NCBI GenBank assembly: GCA_965238175.1 | Contig: CBDEGZ010000003.1 | Coordinates: 480,001-544,000 of the forward strand | Origin: Gammaproteobacteria bacterium | GTDB lineage: Bacteria > Pseudomonadota > Gammaproteobacteria > CAJXQU01 | Reading direction: 5' to 3' | Length of the DNA stretch: 64,000 nucleotides | Shown: positions 10,177 through 19,362 of the stretch, one piece after another | Position numbering within the stretch: position 1 is the stretch's first letter | How the letters are laid out: the number at the start of each line of letters is the position of its first letter | Translations under genes and position numbers: made by a program | Notes under the pieces: generated by a model | Told to the model about the DNA's origin: nothing | Database searches by the model: none | What the model saw: only the letters and a program-made list of their open reading frames with translations

Positions 10177-11048
10177 ACAACGAATCAAAACCTCCCTCGA
10201 GTATGTTAAAACAGTTTCTGAGACGTCTTTTTAAGCGTCTTCAGAAAGAACCAGATAATAAACAACAGCTCACCGAAATTTTGCGTGATGCGGAAAAACA
10301 CAATCTAATTAAACCGGATGCTTTAACAATGATGGAAGGCGCATTACTTGTTTCCGAGCTTCAGGTACGTGACATTATGGTGCCGCGATCACAAATGGTC
10401 GTTGTGCTGGAAGATATGGAATTCGAGGAGTATTTACCAGTTATTGTAGAATCTGGCCACTCACGCTTTCCGATGATGGATGAAAAACATGAGCATGTGA
10501 CGGGTATTTTGTTAGCCAAAGATATGCTTACCTGTGTTGCCGAAGGTGGCGTTGAAGATTTCAGTGTTCGTGATGTATTGCGACAACCTATCTTTGTTCC
10601 TGAAAGTAAACGGCTAAATATTTTGTTAGCCGAGTTTCGTCGTAGTCGCAATCATATGGCGATTGTCATTGATGAATATGGTGCGGTTGATGGCCTGGTC
10701 ACAATAGAAGATGTAATTGAACAAATTGTTGGTGAGATTGATGATGAGCACGATTTAGAAGATGAAGAATTTGTGCGTAAACATGATGAAGATTTATTTA
10801 CACTTAAAGCGCAAATGCCATTGGATGAATTTAATGAATATTTCTCTACAGAATTTGTAGATGATGAGAACGAAACTATCGGTGGTGTTATCGTTGATGC
10901 TTTTGGATACCTTCCCAAGCGTGGTGAAGTTCTTGAATATGGTGGTTTTAAGTTTGAAGTAATGCGAGCTGATCGTCGCCGAATTTTGATCATGAAAATA
11001 GAGCCCGTCGTTCAAAATATTGAGCCTACTGAAATATCGAATGCTTAA
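10173..11048 (+). CDS. corC: CBS/CorC-HlyC domain protein CorC (YbeX)
   Basis: SGHSRFP, VPESK, DEYG, TIEDVIEQIVGEIDDEHD; synteny with ybeY-lnt. Confidence 0.93.
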   Translation: MNNESKPPSSMLKQFLRRLFKRLQKEPDNKQQLTEILRDAEKHNLIKPDALTMMEGALLVSELQVRDIMVPRSQMVVVLEDMEFEEYLPVIVESGHSRFPMMDEKHEHVTGILLAKDMLTCVAEGGVEDFSVRDVLRQPIFVPESKRLNILLAEFRRSRNHMAIVIDEYGAVDGLVTIEDVIEQIVGEIDDEHDLEDEEFVRKHDEDLFTLKAQMPLDEFNEYFSTEFVDDENETIGGVIVDAFGYLPKRGEVLEYGGFKFEVMRADRRRILIMKIEPVVQNIEPTEISNA

Positions 11049-12516
11049 CTATTTGATCGCGATAATTGCTGGCGCTCTGATGCCGCTAGCTTTTGCTCCT
11101 TTTGGTTTTTTTCCTGTCGCCATCTTCTCTTTAGCCGTTTTGTTTTACCTTTGTTTGGAATTATCACCCAATAAGGCCTTTAGAATTGGCTTATTATACG
11201 GTTTGGGATATTTCGCGGTTGGAGTTTCTTGGTTACAGATCAGTATTCACCAATTTGGATTACCGGTGCTGGCTTTCTCTATTTCCATGACGATCCTTTT
11301 TATTCTTTTGATCGCGCTTTTTCCTGCGCTTACAACCTATTGCACCTCGCGATTCTTTCGACAAAGTCATACGCAAAAATTATTAATTAGTTACCCAGCA
11401 TTTTGGGTAATTTTTGAGTGGATCCGTAGTTGGATATTTACAGGATTTCCGTGGTTAACGGTAGGATATAGTCAGATAGATAGTCCATTACTTGGTATTG
11501 GATCAGTGACAGGAATTTATGGGATTAGTTTCTTCGTAGCAATTACTGCCGGTGCGTTAACATTGTTAGTAACAGAGCGAAAATCTGTTTTGATTCTATT
11601 CTTTGCCATAGTTATTCCTATGTGGACAGGATCTTATTTACTAAAAAATATTGAATGGACAAAAACGAAAGGTGAAGAAATAAAGGTTGCACTTATTCAA
11701 GGGAATATAGCCCAAGAAATAAAATGGTTACCCAAACAAAAACAGATTACATTGGACTTATACAGCAAACTTTCTGAATCCTATTGGGATAAATCTGATT
11801 TGATCATCTGGCCAGAAACGGCACTTCCTGCATTTATGCATGACATTCCTGAATTTATGAATGACCTCAGTGAGAGAGCAAAAAATAGTTCGACAGATAT
11901 TATGCTCGGTATGCCTACACTAGATCCTGAAACAGGGAAATATTACAACAGCATGGTGAGTTTGGGTAAGGACACTCATATATATCATAAGCAACATTTA
12001 GTTCCTTTTGGAGAATATCTACCGCTTAAAAAGTGGATCGATCCGATTCTGAAATTTCTACAAATTCCAATGTCAGATTTTAGTAAAGGTGAAGCTAAAA
12101 AGAATTTGATCAAAACCTCAAAATATTCGATTGGTATTTCCGTTTGTTATGAAGATGTCTTCGGAGAAGAAGTGATCACCGGATTGCCGGAAGCGGATTT
12201 TTTGATCAATGTGAGTAATGACGCTTGGTTTGGTGATTCTCTAGCGCCACACCAACATTTAGAAATGGCGAGGATGCGAGCATTTGAGACCGGTCGTTAT
12301 TTGGTCCGCTCAACGAATACAGGTATCAGTGCGATAATTAATCAAAAAGGACAGGTGGCTAAACTTGCACCTCAGTTTGAAAAAGTGACTTTATCTGCAG
12401 ATATTCGTGCTTTTGAGGGACGTACGCCTTACGCTAAATTTGGAAATTCACCAATAATAATTTTCTGTTTTATCTTGTTAGGTTTTAGTGCTATTCGCGA
12501 ACGCGATAAAATTTAG
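11041..12516 (+). CDS. lnt: Apolipoprotein N-acyltransferase
   Basis: TGFPW, QGNI, WPETA, KQHLVPFGEY, CYE, SNDAWFG, RSTNTGIS. Confidence 0.96.
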   Translation: MLNYLIAIIAGALMPLAFAPFGFFPVAIFSLAVLFYLCLELSPNKAFRIGLLYGLGYFAVGVSWLQISIHQFGLPVLAFSISMTILFILLIALFPALTTYCTSRFFRQSHTQKLLISYPAFWVIFEWIRSWIFTGFPWLTVGYSQIDSPLLGIGSVTGIYGISFFVAITAGALTLLVTERKSVLILFFAIVIPMWTGSYLLKNIEWTKTKGEEIKVALIQGNIAQEIKWLPKQKQITLDLYSKLSESYWDKSDLIIWPETALPAFMHDIPEFMNDLSERAKNSSTDIMLGMPTLDPETGKYYNSMVSLGKDTHIYHKQHLVPFGEYLPLKKWIDPILKFLQIPMSDFSKGEAKKNLIKTSKYSIGISVCYEDVFGEEVITGLPEADFLINVSNDAWFGDSLAPHQHLEMARMRAFETGRYLVRSTNTGISAIINQKGQVAKLAPQFEKVTLSADIRAFEGRTPYAKFGNSPIIIFCFILLGFSAIRERDKI

Positions 12517-12857
12517 TTGTGTAACAATTCGCGCAAAGTGGAATATGGTCGACACTTATGGAAGTGTAGATCATGCCCACATTCGTTATAGCTTAATGTG
12601 CCAGGCCTAGTAATTTCACCTGTATGTCATCAGCAACTTTTGCATTCTGAGCTAAGTCATCAAGCGTGATTCTGATATGTTGGAGAACCAATTTTTTTGT
12701 CGTGCCTATATATTCAGAAGCATTATCTATATCTATATCTTGGCGTAGATTAAGTTTCGATTTTTTTGAGCTTCTTCTTTGGTGATTTCACCAAGTTCGA
12801 TCATGCAGCTCAACTGCATGCTCAACTAAATTATTTAGTTGAGGTTTTGTCTAGCAT
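12491..12857 (-). pseudogene. Zinc-ribbon protein (YbeL/DUF1451-like) pseudogene
   Basis: Minus-strand fragments HTGEITRPGTLSYNECGHDLHF and, after a frameshift, VDHIPLCANCYTTKFYRVRE*; stops and frameshifts upstream; first Cys of the CxxC pair is Tyr. Confidence 0.7.
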
Positions 12858-12884
12858 TTTTTGTGAATTTTCTTGAAAGAAATA

Positions 12885-15032
12885 TCAGTTTCTAGGCATA
12901 GGCAGGCTGATTAAAAAATTTGTTCCTTTATCAGGCTGAGATTTCACAGTCAAAGTTCCACCATGGGCCTTTATTAAATTGTAACTAACAGCTAACCCCA
13001 ATCCTGTACCACCATCATCCAATTTTGTCGTAAAGAATGGATCAAAAATGAAAGGCAAATCTTTATTTTGGATCCCGCATCCTTGATCTGATATATGAAA
13101 TTCAACGTGGTTTGTGACCTTGTTATGATTTGTTTTTATTACTACATTTTGGTTTGTCGATGAGAGTGAATCCAATGCATTAATAACAAGGTTTATAATG
13201 ACTTGTTCCAATTGTTGGCTATTACCATTGATGGGCGGTATGTTTTCAGTAAGTTTTAGATCCAATAAAGTAGTTTTTTTATTTATTTGAGGTCGAATTA
13301 AGTCACACGCTGAGTTAACGATTTTATTAAGATCGACCTTTATAAATTCTTGTTTGTCACCACGTCGTGAGAAGCTCTTTAAATTTTCGACGATGGACTG
13401 AATACGTTTACTACCACTGTGAATTGAGCCGATTAACTCTGGTACCGTTTCACGCATCTCCTCATAGGGTAATCCTGCAAGGCTGATTTCGGATTGATCG
13501 GATATATTTGTATACTCATCCAAAATTTTGCGCATATCCAACCACATTTCACCCAATAGAGTTGAATTTATCTGGATTAAATTATTCGGGTTATTTACTT
13601 CGTGAGCCATGCCTGAAACCATTAATCCAAGTGAAGACATTTTATCGGCCTGCAGTAATTGTAATTCTTGATCGCGAGTTATTTTTTCCAATTGTTTTTG
13701 TTTACTAATATCTCTTGCAATGAACATCATGCATTTTTCAGCCTGGATTTCGATCAAAACACATGAGATAGAAAAGGTTAATACAGTTCCATCCTTAATA
13801 CGTAAATCAGAAATATGATTTGTTACTTTTCCTTCTTTTTGGGTTTTTTCAAAAAGTTGAGCACGAGCCTCAGTGTCTACCCATATATCCAGGTTCAACA
13901 TATTGCGGCCAATGAGATCTTGCGCAGCATAACCTAAAATTTGGTCTGCACCATTGTTTATTGCAATAATACATTCTTGATTATCAAGTGAAGTGATTGC
14001 GATAATATCAGGGCTTGCGTGGAACGCTTTATAGAATTTTTCTTCAGATTTAATGAATGCATATTCGGTTTTTTTCTTATCGATGGCATTGACAAACATT
14101 TCACCAATAATTTTTAGCAAGGCTATATTGTCATCATCCCAGATTTTTTCTTTGGTTAGCGAATCAAACCCAAGTGTACCGACAAATTTTCCTCTCAATG
14201 TCAGTGGCACATAAATGGTTGATTTGAATTCAAGTGACTGATATAGCCTTTTAACCAAAGCTGCTTCTGGAGGTAATTCATCCAGGCTTTGTAACTGAAT
14301 TACATTAAGCTGTACAAATTGCCCAATCAGCCATGGATAGTTTTCTTTTGAAATATTTTCTAAAATTGAATTTCGAGGTTCTACTTTATCAGCACACCAC
14401 TCATAGACCTTTTCCACATGATTTTGATCTTCTGAAAAGATTAGAATATTACTATGTTCATCTCCAACAAATTCCGTGATTTTTTTTAGTGAGTCTACGA
14501 TGGCACCATCAATCTCATATCCTTGTAAATTGATAAAACGTGTAGACAGCTTTGTAATTAATGCGCTGAGTTGTTCTTTATGTTGAAGCGTTTCTTTAGT
14601 TTTTGTCTGTAAGGTAATATCTGACTCGGTACCCCATATTCTGATCAGGTGACCATCTTCCACTGTCCCGACCATGCTGGTCGATAGAATTAGATCTTTA
14701 TTATTAGAATCAATGCAATAGGCAATATCATTATTAATTTGATATCCAGATTTAATAAATCTATCAAGCAACAGCCGATTTTTTTTATTGCTTTCAGGAA
14801 AGATTGATTCGAAGTTGAAATCTTTTAAATTTCTCGTTTTATTGAGACAAAAAATATTTTCCAAGGCATAATTTACCTCTTCAAAATTACCTTTCTCTTT
14901 AATCAGTTCCAGTTGTTTCTCCAAAGGTAAATTAATATTGATTCCGGGACTAAATTCTATTCTCCAAATACCCTCAGTGCTATTGCGAATAAAAGATCTA
15001 TAATGCTCTTCAGAATTGATTAAACGTTCCAT
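12885..15032 (-). CDS. PAS/GAF/PAS sensor histidine kinase (C-terminal part of a probable MASE1 fusion)
   Basis: H-box AHEVNNP, N-box NLVINA, DQGCGI, FDPFFTTK, GTGLGL; upstream PAS and GAF-like segments. Confidence 0.88.
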   Translation of the reverse strand: MERLINSEEHYRSFIRNSTEGIWRIEFSPGININLPLEKQLELIKEKGNFEEVNYALENIFCLNKTRNLKDFNFESIFPESNKKNRLLLDRFIKSGYQINNDIAYCIDSNNKDLILSTSMVGTVEDGHLIRIWGTESDITLQTKTKETLQHKEQLSALITKLSTRFINLQGYEIDGAIVDSLKKITEFVGDEHSNILIFSEDQNHVEKVYEWCADKVEPRNSILENISKENYPWLIGQFVQLNVIQLQSLDELPPEAALVKRLYQSLEFKSTIYVPLTLRGKFVGTLGFDSLTKEKIWDDDNIALLKIIGEMFVNAIDKKKTEYAFIKSEEKFYKAFHASPDIIAITSLDNQECIIAINNGADQILGYAAQDLIGRNMLNLDIWVDTEARAQLFEKTQKEGKVTNHISDLRIKDGTVLTFSISCVLIEIQAEKCMMFIARDISKQKQLEKITRDQELQLLQADKMSSLGLMVSGMAHEVNNPNNLIQINSTLLGEMWLDMRKILDEYTNISDQSEISLAGLPYEEMRETVPELIGSIHSGSKRIQSIVENLKSFSRRGDKQEFIKVDLNKIVNSACDLIRPQINKKTTLLDLKLTENIPPINGNSQQLEQVIINLVINALDSLSSTNQNVVIKTNHNKVTNHVEFHISDQGCGIQNKDLPFIFDPFFTTKLDDGGTGLGLAVSYNLIKAHGGTLTVKSQPDKGTNFLISLPMPRN

Positions 15033-15886
15033 AAGAATTTTTTTTCGCTGACAATAGTGGAGAGAATTAAGGTTAAGAAAGCTAAAATAGAAATAACGAT
15101 TTGTAGTGAACTAATGTGCTTGTACGTGAGAACACCACTAAACCTCAGTATTGCCCATGGAAGCAGCGGATATAATATATAAGGAAAGGTAATCGACAAA
15201 TTGGGATTATCTACTTGATTATTAAAAACAAAATTTGATAGTAAAAAGGTAAAGGATAATAAAATTACTAACTCCACGAGTTTAGGCAAACTAATTTTTG
15301 CAAAGGCCTGTGCGTAATGGTTAAAAAAGACAATTGCAGGCGTGACAGTTAGCATCCCTAAAACATCAGTCAATGACCAAATTTGCCAGTTTGACCAATA
15401 ATTTGTTTCTGGGTTGGTATTGATTATAAAGTAGGCGCCGATTAAGCCACTGACTGTGGCTACGATTAAGATAACAACTACAAATTTTAAAACATGTTGT
15501 AGTTTAGAAAAGTTTAGAGTATCTCCGGTAAGCTGTCGAATTAACCAAGCACCAAGAATTACTTCAACAATCTTGGTTAAATGAAAGCCTGTAGCAATGC
15601 CTAGTCCCTTATCGATATCATCTATTTCAAACAGAAGCTTGATCGCGATTGAAGTGAATATGAAATAGATCCACTTTTTATAAGGTGACAGAATAAGTGC
15701 GGCAAGGTGCAGACCCGCTGCGACGGAAATAAGGTAAGAGTCTCCGTGAAGAACACGTAGGTTGAGTCCGAGTTTGCAGGTGAAATAATAAGCAGATCCA
15801 AAGATTACAAGGTTCATCCAGAAAGGGATCATGTTATCTATTCGCGAGATCATGGTGTCGGTGTCAATGTCTTTCAAGTGTTCCAT
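15020..15886 (-). pseudogene. MASE1 membrane sensor domain, separated from the kinase by a frameshift in an A8 run
   Basis: Multi-TM ORF with W..W...DVLGMLTVTP and LPWAILRF; adding one A at 15038-15045 gives SEKKILMERLINSE, fusing it to the kinase. Confidence 0.72.
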
Positions 15887-15892
15887 TGATTA

Positions 15893-16011
15893 TATACCTG
15901 TGCCATCTGGAAATGCAGATTTCAGCGAGTCCAAGCATCTACACAGGAAGGCAGTGTACGCCGAGAACGGCCTAGTGTGTAATTTGGCCATTTCCAGGTG
16001 GCACGGGTATA
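15893..16011. mobile_element. 119-bp ERIC-like miniature inverted-repeat element
   Basis: 23-bp terminal inverted repeats TATACCTGTGCCATCTGGAAATG / CATTTCCAGGTGGCACGGGTATA (2 mismatches), TA termini, no coding capacity. Confidence 0.8.
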
Positions 16012-16229
16012 GATAGATTGGAATTTGCATTTCATAGTATAACGACTAATCGCATTAAATTCTTTTTAAGCGGCTTTACAATATAAACACATGAGCAGAG
16101 AATCCACGACTATGAATTTCAATTCTTTATGACAAACCGACAAGAACCGTTTGCATAAGCTTATTAGGTGGCGTGGTCGTATGTGTCCTGGAGAAAATTT
16201 ATAACCTGAGTAACAAATAAATTTCAAAA

Positions 16230-16261
16230 GGCTGCGATTGTTAAAAATCGCGGCTTTGTTT
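16230..16261 (+). terminator. Rho-independent terminator-like hairpin upstream of EamA pseudogene
   Basis: GGCTGCGATT-GTTAAA-AATCGCGGCT followed by TTGTTT. Confidence 0.6.
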
Positions 16262-16299
16262 GCATTTTTAAGATGAACTACAGCAAATCATTATAAAAT

Positions 16300-16720
16300 A
16301 TAAGCTACCAATAGCATTTTTTATTGTTATATGGATCACAACACCTTTAGCCAACAAATGGAGTGGCGATGGTGTGGGTTTTACACTTGTTATAATGAGT
16401 CAAATGATTATTGGGGTTATCGCTTATGTTTTATGCTGCTCCTGCATATATTCTAAAGTTAGTTGATTTTTGATGGCGTTATACTTGAAAGTATTTCTAT
16501 AAGAGTCGTGTTCTCGATCGTTTATTTAGGAATAATTGGTTCTGTCATTAGGTTTTGCCTTGTACTATTTTATCTTAAAGCAGATCGAAGTAAGTCGAGT
16601 TGCATTGATCACCTTAATAACGCCAGTAATAGCATTACTACTTGGGAATTGGCTAAGTGGTAAACTTTTAACTTTACAAATATGGCTAGACCCCATTCTT
16701 ATTTACTAGGTTTATATTGC
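16300..16720 (+). pseudogene. EamA/DMT family transporter pseudogene
   Basis: Fragments IWITTPLANKWSGDGVGF, YLGIIGSVI and YFILKQIEVSRVALITLITPVIALLLGNWL in different frames, with a large internal deletion. Confidence 0.7.
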
Positions 16721-16793
16721 TATGAACCACGGGCGCAAACAATCTAATGTATAACGCTCTCAGAATACAAACATTCAAGTTAAGGTTGCACTA

Positions 16794-18551
16794 ATGGACA
16801 TTATATTTAGAGAATATTGCTCTGTTATCTGGCAGAAAAAATGGGCCTTTTCACTATGCCTTATTGCCTTGGCCACGGCGACATTTTTTGATTACTATGC
16901 CCCCATTTTTTACAAAAATATTGCAAATGGTTTTGCACAGCCTTTTTCTGATAATACTTTGCAAATATTGTATGAAAACTTGTCGATGGTCGCACTTTTT
17001 TATGCAGGTATTTGGGTGTCTTTTCGCTTGCTTGAGGTCGGTATTATTCCAGTTGATGGCGGTGGAGTAAATTTACTGGAGAAACGGTGTTTTGAGGTTT
17101 TACAAAAACAAAAATACGAGTTTTTTGAAAATAGTTTTTCCGGCAGTTTGATTAAACAAGCTAATCGTTTTTCACGATCATTTGAAACGATAATGGATTG
17201 GTTTCTATTCCAATTTTTCCAGAGCATTATCGCGATCATCATTTCTTTTGTGATTTTTTATCAGCAACAAAAAGAGTTTGCGATCTACTTTTTAATCTGG
17301 GTAATTATGTTCATCACCTGGAATGTTGGCTATTCCATATGGAAACTGCGCTTTGATAAGGCGGTGGCCAAAGCAGACTCTGTTGTTGGTGCAAAATATT
17401 CGGATGCAATTAGTAATATTTTCATTGTTAAAAGTTTTGCCCGCGAAGCATCTGAGCAGCTAGGAGTAGATCTAGCTGCCGATGAGGTACTCAGAAAAAA
17501 AACCATCGCCTGGATTTTGATGTTTATTTCTTATGCAGTTCAGGGACTGATGACCTTTACCATAGAGCTATTGTTGGTTTATTTGATGATCAAAAAATGG
17601 GAAATGGGTAATTTTGAGGTGGGAGAGTTTGTTTTATTTCAAGCAATCTTATTATTGTTAATTCACCGGCTTTGGGATTTTGGACGCAATTTCAGGAATT
17701 TTTTCACGGCACTTGCTGATGCCGCAGAAATGGCAGAAGTATTCCGTCGCGATGATACTGAAAAAGACACTATTGGTGCTCAGGAAATCGAGATCAAAAA
17801 AGGGGAAATTAATTTTGAATCTCTGTCTTTCAACTACAATAAAAAAGATCAAAAAATTTCAGGATTGTTTGAAAATTTTTCACTCAATATTAAGACAGGA
17901 GAGAAAGTTGCCTTAGTTGGACATTCAGGATCAGGCAAAACCTCGTTAACGAAATTACTATTCCGTTTTTTTGACCCTCAGTCAGGGCGGATCTGCTTTG
18001 ATGGCATAGATGCAAAAAATTATACACTGGCCTCTTTACGAAAACAGATATCGTTGGTTCCACAACAACCGGAATTATTTCATCGCACCATTAAAGAAAA
18101 TATTAGTCTAGGTAAAGATATTTCAGAACAGCAGTTGATTAATGTTGCTCGCAAATCACATAGCATGGAATTTATCGAAAAGCTTCCTGATCAATTTGAG
18201 ACTTTAGTTGGTGAGCGTGGTGTAAAACTGTCAGGTGGTGAGAAACAACGCATAGCGATCGCAAGGGCCTTTCTGGAGGAAGCGCCGATTGTTGTTTTAG
18301 ATGAAGCTACCAGCGCGCTGGATTCTCTAACGGAGAAACAAATTCAGGTATCAATTTTTGATCTCATTGAGAATAAGACTGCTATCGTAATCGCGCATCG
18401 CTTATCGACGATTTTGAGAATGGATCGAATAGTAGTGTTAGAAGCGGGAAAAATTATTGAACAAGGAACGCATCAGCAATTGCTAGATCAGAAAGGCAAA
18501 TATTTCTCTATGTGGCAACACCAGAGTGGCGATTTTTTAGTTGAAGAATAG
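16794..18551 (+). CDS. ABC exporter, fused permease/ATPase
   Basis: TM N-domain; Walker A GHSGSGKT, LSGGEKQR, Walker B VVLDEATSALD, IAHRLST. Confidence 0.93.
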   Translation: MDIIFREYCSVIWQKKWAFSLCLIALATATFFDYYAPIFYKNIANGFAQPFSDNTLQILYENLSMVALFYAGIWVSFRLLEVGIIPVDGGGVNLLEKRCFEVLQKQKYEFFENSFSGSLIKQANRFSRSFETIMDWFLFQFFQSIIAIIISFVIFYQQQKEFAIYFLIWVIMFITWNVGYSIWKLRFDKAVAKADSVVGAKYSDAISNIFIVKSFAREASEQLGVDLAADEVLRKKTIAWILMFISYAVQGLMTFTIELLLVYLMIKKWEMGNFEVGEFVLFQAILLLLIHRLWDFGRNFRNFFTALADAAEMAEVFRRDDTEKDTIGAQEIEIKKGEINFESLSFNYNKKDQKISGLFENFSLNIKTGEKVALVGHSGSGKTSLTKLLFRFFDPQSGRICFDGIDAKNYTLASLRKQISLVPQQPELFHRTIKENISLGKDISEQQLINVARKSHSMEFIEKLPDQFETLVGERGVKLSGGEKQRIAIARAFLEEAPIVVLDEATSALDSLTEKQIQVSIFDLIENKTAIVIAHRLSTILRMDRIVVLEAGKIIEQGTHQQLLDQKGKYFSMWQHQSGDFLVEE

Positions 18552-18567
18552 GTTTTAGCAGAAAGAT

Positions 18568-19065
18568 TTATGAGTCTTCTGTACGGATATATCTCAACCA
18601 ACTTTTAATTTGTTGGTATTTAACTTCTCCGAGCACAGATTGATATTCATGTTTGCTGTTGTGAAAAAATGTATTGGGTAATTCACCTTGCCAGTTACGA
18701 TCAATGTAAGAAAACATTTGTTCCGAATCATCAGAAAAAACCCACAGTTTATCGGCTTTAATCCCGCTTTTATTTGAGAAATGCTTAACCATTTTCTCAT
18801 CAAGTCCAGCATCAGTTGAAACCAGAACGACATTAAGTTCTGGGTGTCTTGGCTGTAGTTTGCCGAGCATATTCATTTCTTTGAAACAATAGCCACAGTC
18901 TTTTGACCAAAATACGAGCAGAAAGGGTTGATCTTTGAGTTCAGCTTTAATTTCTTGTAATGAACCCCTTTTGAATTTTTGCACAATAACGTCTTCTGCG
19001 AGCACGCTTAATGGCAACATTACAACGGAGGATAGAAGTAAAAAATAGTTAATCAGGCTTCTCAT
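18568..19065 (-). CDS. Exported TlpA-like thioredoxin-fold protein
   Basis: Signal peptide, FWSKDCGYC motif, W.GELP cis-Pro loop. Confidence 0.8.
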   Translation of the reverse strand: MRSLINYFLLLSSVVMLPLSVLAEDVIVQKFKRGSLQEIKAELKDQPFLLVFWSKDCGYCFKEMNMLGKLQPRHPELNVVLVSTDAGLDEKMVKHFSNKSGIKADKLWVFSDDSEQMFSYIDRNWQGELPNTFFHNSKHEYQSVLGEVKYQQIKSWLRYIRTEDS

Positions 19066-19283
19066 TTTAGATCCAGTCTGTCTTTGAACTGGTTGAATTT
19101 TATATAAAACGGTAAGCTCATGCTAGTCTTAGATATAGTTTAAGGGTTCACAGCTGTGATTTAAACTGAGGATCGGGCAATTAATTGAGCCAATATTTTG
19201 GCTAATCTATCAATGGATTTACAAACAGGGAGTATTAGACGTTTTTTTGACACCTTGAACATCGACACAACAGTGGCAAGTTA

Positions 19284-19303
19284 TATACCCGTGCTATTTG
19301 GAA
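19284..19303. repeat. Degenerate left end of the same ERIC-like element
   Basis: TATACCCGTGCTATTTGGAA resembles the TIR TATACCCGTGCCACCTGGAA; no convincing right end. Confidence 0.5.
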
Positions 19304-19362
19304 CGGAGGTTTAAATAACTCTATCGTTCTTGCTGGCAAGGCGTGTATGGGGTCAATTTGAT

